64,000 nucleotides of DNA from Polyangiaceae bacterium (GTDB lineage Bacteria > Myxococcota_A > Polyangia > Polyangiales > Polyangiaceae). This document shows, piece after piece, positions 9,174 through 19,246 of this stretch (the first letter of the stretch is position 1; each line of letters opens with the position of its first letter). Under the pieces are notes generated by a model that made no database searches, had not been told where the DNA came from, and saw only the letters and a program-made list of their open reading frames with translations. Position numbers and translations under genes: made by a program. The stretch is taken from NCBI GenBank assembly GCA_033763455.1, contig JANRKO010000043.1:96001-160000 (forward strand), given 5' to 3'.

Positions 9174-10942
9174 CTGAAGCCTGCCGTTTTATCGAAGGGG
9201 GTGTCGGTTACCTGGGGATGGGAAGGGGCTGAGGGGGATTTTCTGCTGGAGAGAAACGAAAGTTGTGCATGGGTACCTTCAGCTGGCAACCAAACCAAAA
9301 CCTTAGCCCCGCCGAGTGAACTTGTGCCTGCGGCAATTCTCCCGCCGTGGTCAATCACGATCTTCTTCACGATAGCCAGCCCGAGCCCCACACCGTAGGA
9401 TTTGGTGGTGACGTAAGGATCGAACAAGCTCACTCGAAGTGCTTCGGGGATGCCGGGCCCGTTGTCTTCCACGGAAAGCAGCCAGAAATCAGCATCCCTT
9501 TGTAGGCGCACCTTCAACTTGCGAGGTGCGGCGCTTTGGCGAAGCGCATGCGTTGCATTCTCGATCAAGTTCAAGAAGGCTCGGCGAAACATTTGTCGAT
9601 CGAGCCACAGAGGAGCCGGATCGTTGGGGAGCTCGAAGCTCATATCGACGTCCGTGGGAGGCAAGGAGCCCGCAATTTCGCCCCCAGAAGCCCGCTCCAG
9701 GGTGAGCTTTTGCTCTTGTTCCTGCAAAAAGCCGCGTAGATCAGCGGGTTCGAGCTCGGCCTGAGGGAGGCGGGCAAAGTTTGAAAATTCGCTGACCAAA
9801 CGGCGTAAGGTACCCACCTCGTCTTCGACGATTTCCAGTGTCGTGTCGAGCAACTGCTTGTAGCCGGCATCGCCACCATCGTAGCGGCGGTGGATCTCCT
9901 GGGCGGCAAGCTGAATAGGGGTGAGTGGATTTTTGATTTCGTGGGCCAGGCGCCGTGCCATCTCTTGCCAGGCTTCCATGCGTTGGAGGTATTCAATTCG
10001 CGCGCGGCTGGTTTCGATTTCCGCCAGCATGCGATTGAAAGCTTTGGCAAGGTCCGTAATTTCATCCTGGCCTGTCTCGCGAACGCGAACGCTCAAATCT
10101 CCCCCCGCTGCTGCTGAAGTTGCCGCTGCGAGGGCCGAGACTCTGCCGGTAACCCCTCGCGCCAATAAGACACCCACGCCGACCGCCGCTACAATCGTGA
10201 GCCCCAATAGGGTTGCAAATGCATACACGTAACTCTGGTCATCCAACCCGCGGCGGCGCTCGATCTTGTGGTAGGTTTCCACGAAGCGCCCCATGTTCTG
10301 AAAGGCGTCGAATTGCGCCTTATCGGCTGAAAATACGGCGACAAGCCGCAGGCCTTCGTTGCGCGATTCAGTGACCGCGTCGTCGCCGCTCGGCTCTTCC
10401 TCGGTGAGTGCGTCGTCGTCTGGAGAGGCGGCCGTGGGCGAGCCGTTTCCGGGCGTTGCGACTGGCGGGTTATCGCCCGCAATTCCACTGGTCCGCGCGA
10501 GCGAGCGTACCACAGTGAGGGCGTTTTCGCGGAGCGGATCGAGCGGCGTGGGGCGTGCAACGTGCCCGAGAACGTGGGATTCCGCGTCTAGGATCGAGAG
10601 CTCAACCAGGCGCGGGAACGCGCCAAACTCAGCTTTGAGTACGTTGCGAACGAGGGGCGCGTCTTTCTTCTGTGCTGCTTCACGCAGCTCATGGTTAGCG
10701 GCAATAGCCGTCGCGGCGTTCTGCATGCTTTCCTTGATCGACCGCGCGAGTTCTTGGTACACGCTGAGCGATTGATCGAGGTGTTCTCCCACCTCTGGCA
10801 CGAAGAAGCGTGCCGAGGTTTGGCGGACAGTTGTTTCCACTAAACCAATTGCCACCAGTACTGGCAAAAGGGCCGCCAGCACGAGCGCTAGCGCGAGCCG
10901 ATAGCGGATGCGAGCGATGTGGCCGACGAACTTAAGTTTCAC
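9170..10942 (-). CDS. Sensor histidine kinase (NtrY-like: TM-periplasmic-TM-HAMP-HisKA-HATPase)
   Basis: AWQEMARRLAHEIKNPLTPIQL, NLIENA, EDNGPG, FDPYVTTK, GVGLGL. Confidence 0.95.
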   Translation of the reverse strand: MKLKFVGHIARIRYRLALALVLAALLPVLVAIGLVETTVRQTSARFFVPEVGEHLDQSLSVYQELARSIKESMQNAATAIAANHELREAAQKKDAPLVRNVLKAEFGAFPRLVELSILDAESHVLGHVARPTPLDPLRENALTVVRSLARTSGIAGDNPPVATPGNGSPTAASPDDDALTEEEPSGDDAVTESRNEGLRLVAVFSADKAQFDAFQNMGRFVETYHKIERRRGLDDQSYVYAFATLLGLTIVAAVGVGVLLARGVTGRVSALAAATSAAAGGDLSVRVRETGQDEITDLAKAFNRMLAEIETSRARIEYLQRMEAWQEMARRLAHEIKNPLTPIQLAAQEIHRRYDGGDAGYKQLLDTTLEIVEDEVGTLRRLVSEFSNFARLPQAELEPADLRGFLQEQEQKLTLERASGGEIAGSLPPTDVDMSFELPNDPAPLWLDRQMFRRAFLNLIENATHALRQSAAPRKLKVRLQRDADFWLLSVEDNGPGIPEALRVSLFDPYVTTKSYGVGLGLAIVKKIVIDHGGRIAAGTSSLGGAKVLVWLPAEGTHAQLSFLSSRKSPSAPSHPQVTDTPFDKTAGFS

Positions 10943-11993
10943 GAGACGTTTCGGCCGCCGTGCTGGTGCCGTCCGTAGGAGAATGGGGCGAGTGCGGATT
11001 GATAAGGGCCCTCAGAAAAGCGATAGGATCGAAGCCGAATAGGGAGCTTAACCCGAGTTGCGAGGACGCAAAATCGCTCACGCTGTGGAGCGTTGGGGTC
11101 AATTGGGAATGCATGCCAAACCAGTCTCGTTTTTCGAGTTGGCTCGCCAGAACACGCACGAATGAAATGGCCGCGCGGCCCACATCCAGGCCAAGGGGGA
11201 GCGCAATGGCTGGAGCCAGCGGTGAGACGATAATATCGCGTGCGGCGACCGCCGTTGCCCATGCGCCCGGAGCCGGGTGATGGATCAATGCTCTTAGAGT
11301 TCGTGCTTCGCCAAAGCAGCCCACGCCGAGTGGGCCCAGCTTGTTCTCGATGGCTCCTACAAGGTGCAGATAATCGCGGCGGAAGTCACCGGAAAGCAGC
11401 CCCATTTGTTGGCGCAGTTCGTCGGGCCCTACCACCCAGTCGAAGCCAGCTGTTCCACGACGCAAAGCGATGCACGTCTGAAGCTCGCCGTCGTCAAACA
11501 CGCCAACGGCTACCACTTTGCCGGGGCTTGCGAGGGCATTCATGCCCTTCTGCACTACGGACGCTGTGGGGACGGGCCATTCTGCAACGCGCTTGGGCCA
11601 CAGCTCAAGAGCGCCTTCAGCTTCCAACTCCTTGAGGACAGAAACCAAGAGCAGCACTTGATCCAGGAGGTAGTGTTCCCGCTTGAGTGCGTTCGCCCAG
11701 CGATCGGTGAGCTCCGAGAGCACGCCGCCGTGGAGAGCCAGCACCCACTTCGCGTGGTGGAGCGTGGCGAGGCCTTCGAGATCCCCGCGCCAAACGGAGC
11801 CTACCAGAGGAAGGCGCCCGCGCTCGGTGTGCAAGAGCTTGATGACTCGGCTCCCCTGAGTCACGGCGACGACGCCCCCGCTCACGCGCTTTTGGCCGTC
11901 CGAATTGCTGCCTGCGCTGGCCTGAAATAGCGCGCCCAACTGCAACCAGTCTTTGGCCGTGAAGCCCTCGAAGCGAACGTTGGGTGCAAACAT
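10932..11993 (-). CDS. Hypothetical protein
   Basis: Long globular-looking ORF overlapping the kinase start. ATG 11993 avoids overlap with the divergent peptidase gene. Confidence 0.7.
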   Translation of the reverse strand: MFAPNVRFEGFTAKDWLQLGALFQASAGSNSDGQKRVSGGVVAVTQGSRVIKLLHTERGRLPLVGSVWRGDLEGLATLHHAKWVLALHGGVLSELTDRWANALKREHYLLDQVLLLVSVLKELEAEGALELWPKRVAEWPVPTASVVQKGMNALASPGKVVAVGVFDDGELQTCIALRRGTAGFDWVVGPDELRQQMGLLSGDFRRDYLHLVGAIENKLGPLGVGCFGEARTLRALIHHPAPGAWATAVAARDIIVSPLAPAIALPLGLDVGRAAISFVRVLASQLEKRDWFGMHSQLTPTLHSVSDFASSQLGLSSLFGFDPIAFLRALINPHSPHSPTDGTSTAAETSRET

Positions 11994-12024
11994 CCTTGAG
12001 CTTCGGAGTATAGTGCCAGGCCAT

Positions 12025-13362
12025 ATGCCGCAAGCCATAGACGCCAAAGTCGCGGACCTGCTCGCCTTCATCAACGCCGCTCCTTCTCCCTACCACGTGG
12101 TTCGCCAGGTGGAGGCTCGCCTGCTACAGGCGGGTTTTTCGGAGTTCGACTTGCGTCAGCCTTGGAAAGTGACCCCTTCGGCGCGTGGTTTCACAGTGTG
12201 CGCGGGGGGAACGATCCTCGCGTTTCAAGCGGGCACCCGTCCTCCAGCCGAAGGTGGCTTTCTGATTGTGGGCGCACACACGGATTCGCCGAACCTTCGC
12301 ATCAAGCCGAAGGCGGATCTTGTGAGCTTGGGCATGGGGCAGTTCAACGTGGAAGTGTACGGCGGGGTGCTGTTGCACACCTGGTTCGATCGGGACCTAT
12401 CTGTGGCCGGGCGGGTGAGCTTGCGCGGCGGGCGGAATGTATTGGTTGATTTTGCACGGCCGCTTTGCCGTATTCCCAACCTTGCGATCCACCTGGATCG
12501 CGAAGTGAACACGCGCGGGTTCATTCCTAATGCTCAAACCCACTTACCTCCGCTCTGCTTTTTGGAGCCCCTCGGAAAGAACGAGCAGAAGCTTGGCCTT
12601 TCACAAATACTGATCAACGAATGTTCTTCGGAGCTACAAACCGAAGACCCGAGCCACATCTTAAGCTGGGATCTGTGTTTGTACGATACCCAGCCTGCAA
12701 CACTCGGTGGAGCCAATAACGACTTCATTTGGGCTTCGCGCTTGGATAATTTGGCCTCGTGCCATGCGGCACTTTCGGCATTTGTTGCCGATAGTTCGCC
12801 GAGTGAGGCTACCAAAGTGATGGTGTTGTACGATCATGAAGAAGTTGGCAGCCAAAGTGCTGCAGGGGCTCGGTCCTTCTTCCTCCCGGGTGTGCTCGAA
12901 CGTCTGGCGGAGGAGTACGAGGGGCAGAGGCCCGGTGGGGTGCGCCGAGCGCTGGCTCAATCTTTATTGATTTCGGCGGACATGGCGCACGCCGTTCACC
13001 CCAATTACGCCGAGCGCCATGATAAGCAGCACCAGCCACGTTTGGGTCAAGGCCCTGTGCTGAAGAGCAACGTGAATCAATCTTACGCCACCGATTCGGT
13101 GGGCGCGGCCACATTCATCGAAGCGTGCCAGAGCGTTGGCGCCAACGTACAGCATTTTACAAGCCGCAATGATATGCCCTGTGGCAGCACCGTGGGCCCC
13201 ATCTCTGCTGCACGCACGGGCATTCGATCGCTGGATGTGGGCAGCCCAATGTTAAGCATGCACTCCTGTCGCGAGCTTGCGGCGGCAGCGGATGTAGTTC
13301 CTATGATTTCGGCGCTCACGACGCTATTTCAGAACCCGCCGCGGGTGGATCCTGGGAGTTGA
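12025..13362 (+). CDS. apeB: M18 family (aspartyl) aminopeptidase
   Basis: AHTDSP, WFDRDL, RLDNL, DHEEVGS, SADMAHAVHPNY, CGSTVGP, SMHS. Confidence 0.93.
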   Translation: MPQAIDAKVADLLAFINAAPSPYHVVRQVEARLLQAGFSEFDLRQPWKVTPSARGFTVCAGGTILAFQAGTRPPAEGGFLIVGAHTDSPNLRIKPKADLVSLGMGQFNVEVYGGVLLHTWFDRDLSVAGRVSLRGGRNVLVDFARPLCRIPNLAIHLDREVNTRGFIPNAQTHLPPLCFLEPLGKNEQKLGLSQILINECSSELQTEDPSHILSWDLCLYDTQPATLGGANNDFIWASRLDNLASCHAALSAFVADSSPSEATKVMVLYDHEEVGSQSAAGARSFFLPGVLERLAEEYEGQRPGGVRRALAQSLLISADMAHAVHPNYAERHDKQHQPRLGQGPVLKSNVNQSYATDSVGAATFIEACQSVGANVQHFTSRNDMPCGSTVGPISAARTGIRSLDVGSPMLSMHSCRELAAAADVVPMISALTTLFQNPPRVDPGS

Positions 13363-13410
13363 CTCGAGTTGGCAACCGTGCGCCTTCGCGCGGTCTAAGG
13401 GTCGGTTAGC

Positions 13411-14760
13411 CTAACGTTCGACCCAAGCGAAGGCCGCCAATAATGCGAACCCTAGGGCAGCAAGAATGACGCCCACCGCGGCCCACCAAGCTGGTTTTCT
13501 GAACGCTTGGGCGTGGTCCTCCGAGGGTACCTCCCCAAGGCTCTCCAAGCCTCGATCAAGTGCTGACGATCTGGATTGCCTGTAGACATGGATGAGCAGC
13601 ACCGTGGAAGCACTGAGCCCGAGCAGGGCCACCAACACCGCCACCAGGCGTGCATGTTGATTACGTTTTTTTTCCAGCGCCAGGGCGACGGCGAGCCCAT
13701 CGGCGAGTGGCAGATCGGGAATGTCGCGTGTGGTGCGATCGTTGGTTGTTGGCCAGAGCGGCCAGCCCACGGTGGCGTAGCTCCTGAGATCGAAGTCTTC
13801 AGAAGCTACGAGCCAATGCGGCGCAGCATGGAGGACGGGCAACTCTATCCTACCCACCGCAGTTCCATCGGGGAGAACCTTCAGTGGAACGCTCCCTCCG
13901 AACAAGCGCAGATTCTCATTTACCACACTAAAGTAGGCTCGCTCCCGGGGTACAGGCGAACGGAGCTCGATTTCCTGCGTCGTTCCGTGAGTCTTCGCGA
14001 GAGCCTGAATTGCGCCGGGTACGACGGGTAAACTGGCGTGGAAGTGTGCCGATAGGCCCGGTGCTTGAGTTGCTTCCACCGAGAGATCCGCTTGATGAAA
14101 CGTTGGACGCACAGCGACGCTCGTGCGTCCTTGAGAATTTGTGATGAACGTCTGCCCGCGGGGAAAGATGAGCCCTTCGCCTGTCACTACTAGTTTCACT
14201 CCGGAGATTGCTGAAGTGCCTTTCTGCACTAGCAGCTCAAGCTCGTCATCGAACGGCACCGCTAAGACCCCATGCGACGGTGTTACTGTGATGCGGAAGT
14301 CACCATTCTCTTGTGAGGTGGAACCCCCGCGCCGTCGCTGATAGCGGCTCCAGATTTCCGGAGTGAGGTGAATGGGAGCGTGCAGCAGCGTGCGCGGGCC
14401 ATCCACGCTTTCCCACGTGACCTTGAGGGTGAGCTTTTCTTCTGGTTCGAGTTGGCCCACGTTGAGTGCGACGTCCGCGAGGCCATCGGCGGCCGTCTTG
14501 CCGCTCCAGCCCACTACGCGACCCGCCTCAAGCTCTACCTCTACACGCAATTGCGCATCGGCGAGTACCCGCTCAACTCCAGTCAATCGCTCGAACGCGA
14601 GCACCCGCCAACTCAGCGTCTCCGTGTTCTGGGTGGGGCCCCCAAAAACTCGGGCCGCGCACACAGGAGCCTCCTGCCCGAGCAATAGGAGCGCCAATGC
14701 GACACAGCTCACGGTGACCGTAGGGAGTGCAATCAACAGGCTTTTTGGAGAAAGGGCCAC
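13411..14760 (-). CDS. Hypothetical membrane protein with beta-rich (macroglobulin/Ig-like) extracytoplasmic region
   Basis: N-terminal hydrophobic segment, two C-terminal TM helices, KTAADGLA and TNSQGRT strand motifs. Confidence 0.65.
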   Translation of the reverse strand: MALSPKSLLIALPTVTVSCVALALLLLGQEAPVCAARVFGGPTQNTETLSWRVLAFERLTGVERVLADAQLRVEVELEAGRVVGWSGKTAADGLADVALNVGQLEPEEKLTLKVTWESVDGPRTLLHAPIHLTPEIWSRYQRRRGGSTSQENGDFRITVTPSHGVLAVPFDDELELLVQKGTSAISGVKLVVTGEGLIFPRGQTFITNSQGRTSVAVRPTFHQADLSVEATQAPGLSAHFHASLPVVPGAIQALAKTHGTTQEIELRSPVPRERAYFSVVNENLRLFGGSVPLKVLPDGTAVGRIELPVLHAAPHWLVASEDFDLRSYATVGWPLWPTTNDRTTRDIPDLPLADGLAVALALEKKRNQHARLVAVLVALLGLSASTVLLIHVYRQSRSSALDRGLESLGEVPSEDHAQAFRKPAWWAAVGVILAALGFALLAAFAWVER

Positions 14761-14819
14761 GTGGGGGAAAGCATAACCCGTAGCTCGGACCCCCGAAGGC
14801 CTGCTAGCGTTCCGGCCCC

Positions 14820-15530
14820 ATGTCGGATGCCAAAAAGAAGTCCAAAAAGAAGGGCGCGAGCAAGAGTGGGCGGACCGAACTTAGGTTCGTCCCGGGCCAA
14901 ATGCACATGTCGATGTTGGCCTGGTTGGTGGGCATGCCGGGCGGCATCGCCTTGGGAACAGGCGTTTATGGCATGTGGGTGAGCAAGAGCCCTCCGGCCT
15001 ACGCCCCTTACCTCCTCGCGGTTGGCCTGATGTTGCTGGTAGGCGCTTTGGCCTTTGGAGACGCGGATGCGGCTCCGGTGCGTGTGGGTGATGCAGGGGT
15101 GGGCGTTGAAAAGGGCAGTGAATTTTTGCGCGTGGCGTGGTGCGACATCAAGCGTCTGTTCGCCGAAAAGGATGAGTTGGTCGTCCAAGGCATTGAGCAA
15201 ACGCTGCGTATCCCAATCCCGGTGCACCTTGAGGCGTGCTCGTGGATTTTGGTGGAAGCCACACGGCGAGTTCCGGATGCGGTCGACGTAAAGCGCGAAG
15301 TTTCTGACCGCTTGCCGAAGCCCGAGGAGGGGCAGGGCGAGAAGGTTGCTCTTCAACCTGTGCAGCTAGCGGGTCGCCGTTGCGCCAAGAGCGACAAAGC
15401 CATTGCATTCGAGCGGGACGCCCGGGTGTGCCCTAATTGCGGCCAGGTTTATCACCGAGAACATGTTCCGGCTGAATGCGTTACCTGCAAGGAGAAGCTC
15501 GGCGAGCGAGCGTTCGCCATTTCCGCCTAG
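14820..15530 (+). CDS. Two-TM membrane protein with C-terminal RING-like Zn finger
   Basis: Two TM helices; C-x2-S-x12-C-x2-C-x4-H-x2-H-x4-C-x2-C. Confidence 0.7.
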   Translation: MSDAKKKSKKKGASKSGRTELRFVPGQMHMSMLAWLVGMPGGIALGTGVYGMWVSKSPPAYAPYLLAVGLMLLVGALAFGDADAAPVRVGDAGVGVEKGSEFLRVAWCDIKRLFAEKDELVVQGIEQTLRIPIPVHLEACSWILVEATRRVPDAVDVKREVSDRLPKPEEGQGEKVALQPVQLAGRRCAKSDKAIAFERDARVCPNCGQVYHREHVPAECVTCKEKLGERAFAISA

Positions 15531-15608
15531 GCTAGGCGCCAGCCGCAGCGTGCGATAATTACCTGTTAGTTCACTTCTGTTAAAGGTCACTTAGAAAGGA
15601 AATCATCA

Positions 15609-16208
15609 ATGCCACAGTTTCCCGCTATTTCGGTCGAAGGGCAGGGCCAGCTGTACGCCCGCCTGCACACCACTCAAGGTGCGATCGTTATTCGCCTCGA
15701 AGAGCAGCGTGCTCCGCAAACCGTCGCCAATTTCGTTGGTCTCGCCACTGGCAACATCGACTGGAAGGATCCCCTCACGGGCAAAGGCATGAAGGGCACG
15801 CCTATGTACGACGGCGTCCGCTTTCACCGTGTGATCCCTGGCTTCATGGTGCAGGTGGGCGATCCACTCAGCCGCAGCACAGAGCCGAGCGCCAAGAGCC
15901 GTTGGGGCACCGGAGGCCCGGGCTACAATTTCGCAGACGAGATCCACCCGGAGTTGAAGCACGATCGCCCCGGCATCCTCTCGATGGCGAATGCTGGCCC
16001 TGGAACGAACGGCTCGCAGTTTTTCATCACGGAGGGTCCCACTCCGCACTTGAACGGTCGGCATGCGGTGTTTGGTTCGGTGGTCGCGGGGCTCGGTGTG
16101 GTGGGCAAGCTCGCCAACGTACCGCGTGGCCCACGTGACGATCCGAAGGAAGATCAGTTGATCGAGCGTGTAGAGCTGTTCCGCAGCGAAGCACAGCCCA
16201 CGGCCTGA
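15609..16208 (+). CDS. Cyclophilin-type peptidyl-prolyl cis-trans isomerase
   Basis: FHRVIPGFMVQVGDP, LSMANAGPGTNGSQFFIT, HAVFG; SD AAAGGA. Confidence 0.97.
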   Translation: MPQFPAISVEGQGQLYARLHTTQGAIVIRLEEQRAPQTVANFVGLATGNIDWKDPLTGKGMKGTPMYDGVRFHRVIPGFMVQVGDPLSRSTEPSAKSRWGTGGPGYNFADEIHPELKHDRPGILSMANAGPGTNGSQFFITEGPTPHLNGRHAVFGSVVAGLGVVGKLANVPRGPRDDPKEDQLIERVELFRSEAQPTA

Positions 16209-16221
16209 AAAGGTTTATCAG

Positions 16222-16253
16222 GTTGGGGATGGCAAAAAGGGCCCATCCCCAAC
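16222..16253. terminator. Stem-loop between convergent cyclophilin and rnj genes
   Basis: Perfect 11-bp IR GTTGGGGATGG/CCATCCCCAAC with a 10-nt loop; no clear adjacent U-tract. Confidence 0.5.
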
Positions 16254-16261
16254 GAAAACGT

Positions 16262-17923
16262 TCAGTCACGAAGGGAGAGCACGTGAACTTGAACTTCGGG
16301 GCGGTAGCCGCTGATTTGTGTGAGCGAGTTGCGGGCTGCTTTTCGCACTACTTCTTCCAATTCTGACGGGGCTTTGTAAGACGGCTTCAGCTTCTGAGCG
16401 ATGTCGCGAGCTACTGAGCGCAGAGACGCGGCGTCGTTGTCAACGAGGGGAATGCCAAGACTGGTGACGTGTGGGGGGGACACAACTCTTCCGTTCGCAT
16501 CCAGGGCGATAGCCACAGAGGCCACGCCCGCGCGCCCCAACTCTTCGCGGCGCTCAAGCACTTCCGGCAGGAGCACATCCCCCCGGTGCGAGACAGCGAC
16601 CTTCCCAAACGAGACCTGGGGTTCGCGCCGAAAGCCATCTTTTTGAAGTAAAACTGGGCTGCCGTTTTCAACAACAACCACACTGGGTACGCCGAGATCC
16701 TGCGCCAATTCTGCATGGCGGTTCATGTGGCGCAAGGTGCCGTGGAGCGGCAGAAAGTGCTCAGGCTCGATGAGCTCAATCATGTGTGCCTGCTCAGAGC
16801 GGCTGGCGTGCCCACTTGTGTGCACGTCTGGATGGGTAATGGGCGTCTTTAGCGTGGCACCGAGCCGCGTGAGGTCATTCATTAGAACGCTGACAGCGCG
16901 TTCATTGCCCGGTATCACTCGACTTGAAAAGACGATTGTGTCGCCTTCTGCGACCTTGATGGTTGGATGCAGCCCCTTGGAAAGGCGTTGCAGTGCGGAA
17001 TGCCGTTCTGCCTGGGTGCCGCCGGCCAACACCAACAGCTTTTCGCGGGGCCAGTTGGCGGCATCTTCCGGAGATAAAACCAGATCGCTCGGCCAGGCTA
17101 ACACTCCGAGCTTACGGGCAAGCTCGGCCTGGGTGCTGAGGCTTCGCCCCATGAGAAACAGGCGCCGGCCTGTTTTCAGGGCGATGTCGCCCAACATCAG
17201 TAAGCGGTGAATGTTGCTCGCAAAAAGCGCCACGAACACGCGCCCTGGGGCCTTTTCGATGATTTGAGCGAGGGCTTCTCCGACCATCTTCTCGGAACCG
17301 CGCCGCTCTTCCACGTCCACGTTCGTGCTGTCGCTGAGGAGCAGGCTCACTCCGTCGCGACCAATTGCTCGCATGCGATCCGCATTCGAAGGTGGGCCCG
17401 CAGGTGGTGCTTCATCAAAGCTGAAATCACCCGTGTGAAAGATAGTGCCCTGCGAAGAATGGATGGCGAGCGCACACGCGTCCACAATGGAATGTGCTAC
17501 GTCCACCGGCTCAATCGAAAACGGACCGACGTCGTACAGCTTGCCCGTGTGGGCTTCGATGAGGTCAACATCCCCTTCAGAAAAATCAAACTCCTGGAGC
17601 CTCTTTCGAACCAGCCCGAGTGTGTGAGGCAAGCCCCAAACTGGCACATCGAGTTCATCTAAGAGGTACGGTAGCGCGCCAATATGATCTTCGTGGCCGT
17701 GGGTGAGAAAGACGCCCGAGATGCGATCAGCCCGTTCCAGCAGCCAACGAAAATCGGGCCGAAACAAATCGATCCCGTGATCGTCAGCCGGGAAGGTGCA
17801 GCCACAATCCACCACGAGGATGCCCCGCTCGTGCTCAACCGCGAGGCAATTCATGCCAATTTCGCCCAAGCCCCCAAGGGGCACAATCCGTATGGATCCC
17901 GAGTCAAGCAATGAACGAGGCAT
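16262..17923 (-). CDS. rnj: Ribonuclease J
   Basis: PLGGLGEIGMN, THGHEDHIGALP, HTGDF, SDSTN, IPGNE, HTSGHA. Confidence 0.96.
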   Translation of the reverse strand: MPRSLLDSGSIRIVPLGGLGEIGMNCLAVEHERGILVVDCGCTFPADDHGIDLFRPDFRWLLERADRISGVFLTHGHEDHIGALPYLLDELDVPVWGLPHTLGLVRKRLQEFDFSEGDVDLIEAHTGKLYDVGPFSIEPVDVAHSIVDACALAIHSSQGTIFHTGDFSFDEAPPAGPPSNADRMRAIGRDGVSLLLSDSTNVDVEERRGSEKMVGEALAQIIEKAPGRVFVALFASNIHRLLMLGDIALKTGRRLFLMGRSLSTQAELARKLGVLAWPSDLVLSPEDAANWPREKLLVLAGGTQAERHSALQRLSKGLHPTIKVAEGDTIVFSSRVIPGNERAVSVLMNDLTRLGATLKTPITHPDVHTSGHASRSEQAHMIELIEPEHFLPLHGTLRHMNRHAELAQDLGVPSVVVVENGSPVLLQKDGFRREPQVSFGKVAVSHRGDVLLPEVLERREELGRAGVASVAIALDANGRVVSPPHVTSLGIPLVDNDAASLRSVARDIAQKLKPSYKAPSELEEVVRKAARNSLTQISGYRPEVQVHVLSLRD

Positions 17924-18076
17924 CTACTGGGTCAACTCTTAGCGGCTCGACCGAACGAGGGGCGCAAAATAATGGGGCCAAGGTAAGGGAGACAAGCGGC
18001 GTAGCCTTAGCAGAGTTCGCCCCCCACGAGTATACTTGCCGTGCCTTTACCGTAATGCACCGCAAGGAGCCATTCA

Positions 18077-18478
18077 TTGAGCGTATCGCTTTCGCCCCAA
18101 GCTGCAGCTGAGCTCATGGCACAAGGCCATAAGTATCTTGACGTGCGTTCTCGGGCAGAATTCGTGCTCGGTCACGTGCCGGGGTCACTCCACGTCCCGC
18201 TGCTCTTGCCGGAGCACGAGGGCGGGGGGGTAGATCCATCGTTTGTCGACGCGGTTTTGCGCCTGGCTGAAAAAGATAGGGCGATGATTGTTGGATGTGA
18301 ATCGGGGCAGCGCTCGAAGGTTGCGCTCGCCTTGTTGGTCAGCGCAGGTTTTGAAAAGCTACACGAGTTGGGTCCAGGCTTCGGCGGCACGCGGGATGCG
18401 TTCGGTCGCCGTATTCCGGGGTGGGCCCAGTGTGGCTTGCCGGTGGAATTGGGTTCGGCGGATGCCTCCGTAGACTAA
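18077..18478 (+). CDS. Rhodanese-domain protein
   Basis: LDVRS..EF..GHVPGS, active-site loop CESGQRS. Confidence 0.9.
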   Translation: MSVSLSPQAAAELMAQGHKYLDVRSRAEFVLGHVPGSLHVPLLLPEHEGGGVDPSFVDAVLRLAEKDRAMIVGCESGQRSKVALALLVSAGFEKLHELGPGFGGTRDAFGRRIPGWAQCGLPVELGSADASVD

Positions 18479-18500
18479 CTGCTGATGCCCCGAGAGGCGC

Positions 18501-19097
18501 TTAGGGCTTCTTTGTTGCCGAAACCCGTGCATAATCTTCTGCCGCACGTTCGAGCATGATGGAATCGCGGGCGGCGCGTTCAGCTTCGGCCACAAGCTTT
18601 GCGGTGAAGAGGGTGAGCCCCCAGATGCCGTTTTCAGGGCGCACACGAAACGGGTAGCGGGTACCCCTGGCTGTTTCAACACTTGCGCGGTCAGCAGTTT
18701 GCTCAACGCGCGCTACTCCGGAAAGATCTCGCCGGAGGCGGTTCAACCAACCTTCCTGCCTAGCGTAGATCGCAAAAACGTCAGCCCCGTCTGGAGCGTT
18801 CGCGATGGATGCGTATTCGGCAGCGAGCCGGCTGCGCTCAGGTTCGGGAAAAGTAGCGAGAATGCGCGCGAGCGAGCGTTTTCTGTAGTCACGAATGCTA
18901 TAGCACGCGTGCTGCGCTGGGGTTTCGAGGTACGCAAAGAAGTCCTCTGGCCGTCCGGTGTTGACGGCCTTCACGATGCGCAAATACGCGCCAGTTGGCG
19001 TCTTGTCGCTCGGGTAAGTGAGAACTTCGACGAGTGCAACTGCGCCCACGGAGAGCACCAAAATCCCCGCCACGAGCCAGCCGATCTTGCGATTCAC
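18501..19097 (-). CDS. Hypothetical membrane-anchored/exported protein (possible NTF2-like fold)
   Basis: N-terminal TM; DKTPTGAY, ASVETARG, ENGIWGL. Confidence 0.7.
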   Translation of the reverse strand: MNRKIGWLVAGILVLSVGAVALVEVLTYPSDKTPTGAYLRIVKAVNTGRPEDFFAYLETPAQHACYSIRDYRKRSLARILATFPEPERSRLAAEYASIANAPDGADVFAIYARQEGWLNRLRRDLSGVARVEQTADRASVETARGTRYPFRVRPENGIWGLTLFTAKLVAEAERAARDSIMLERAAEDYARVSATKKP

Positions 19098-19246
19098 CGC
19101 GCAAAGCTACCACTCGCAGTGCCGGGCCACAACGCGCTGATGCGCGCCTTTTGGCGTTCGAAAGCTTCGCTTTGGGTACGCCGCGTGGGCGAGGTCAGCC
19201 TTTGCTTGCGCTTCTGCCGCGCCGGGGAGTATCAGTGGCGCCAACG

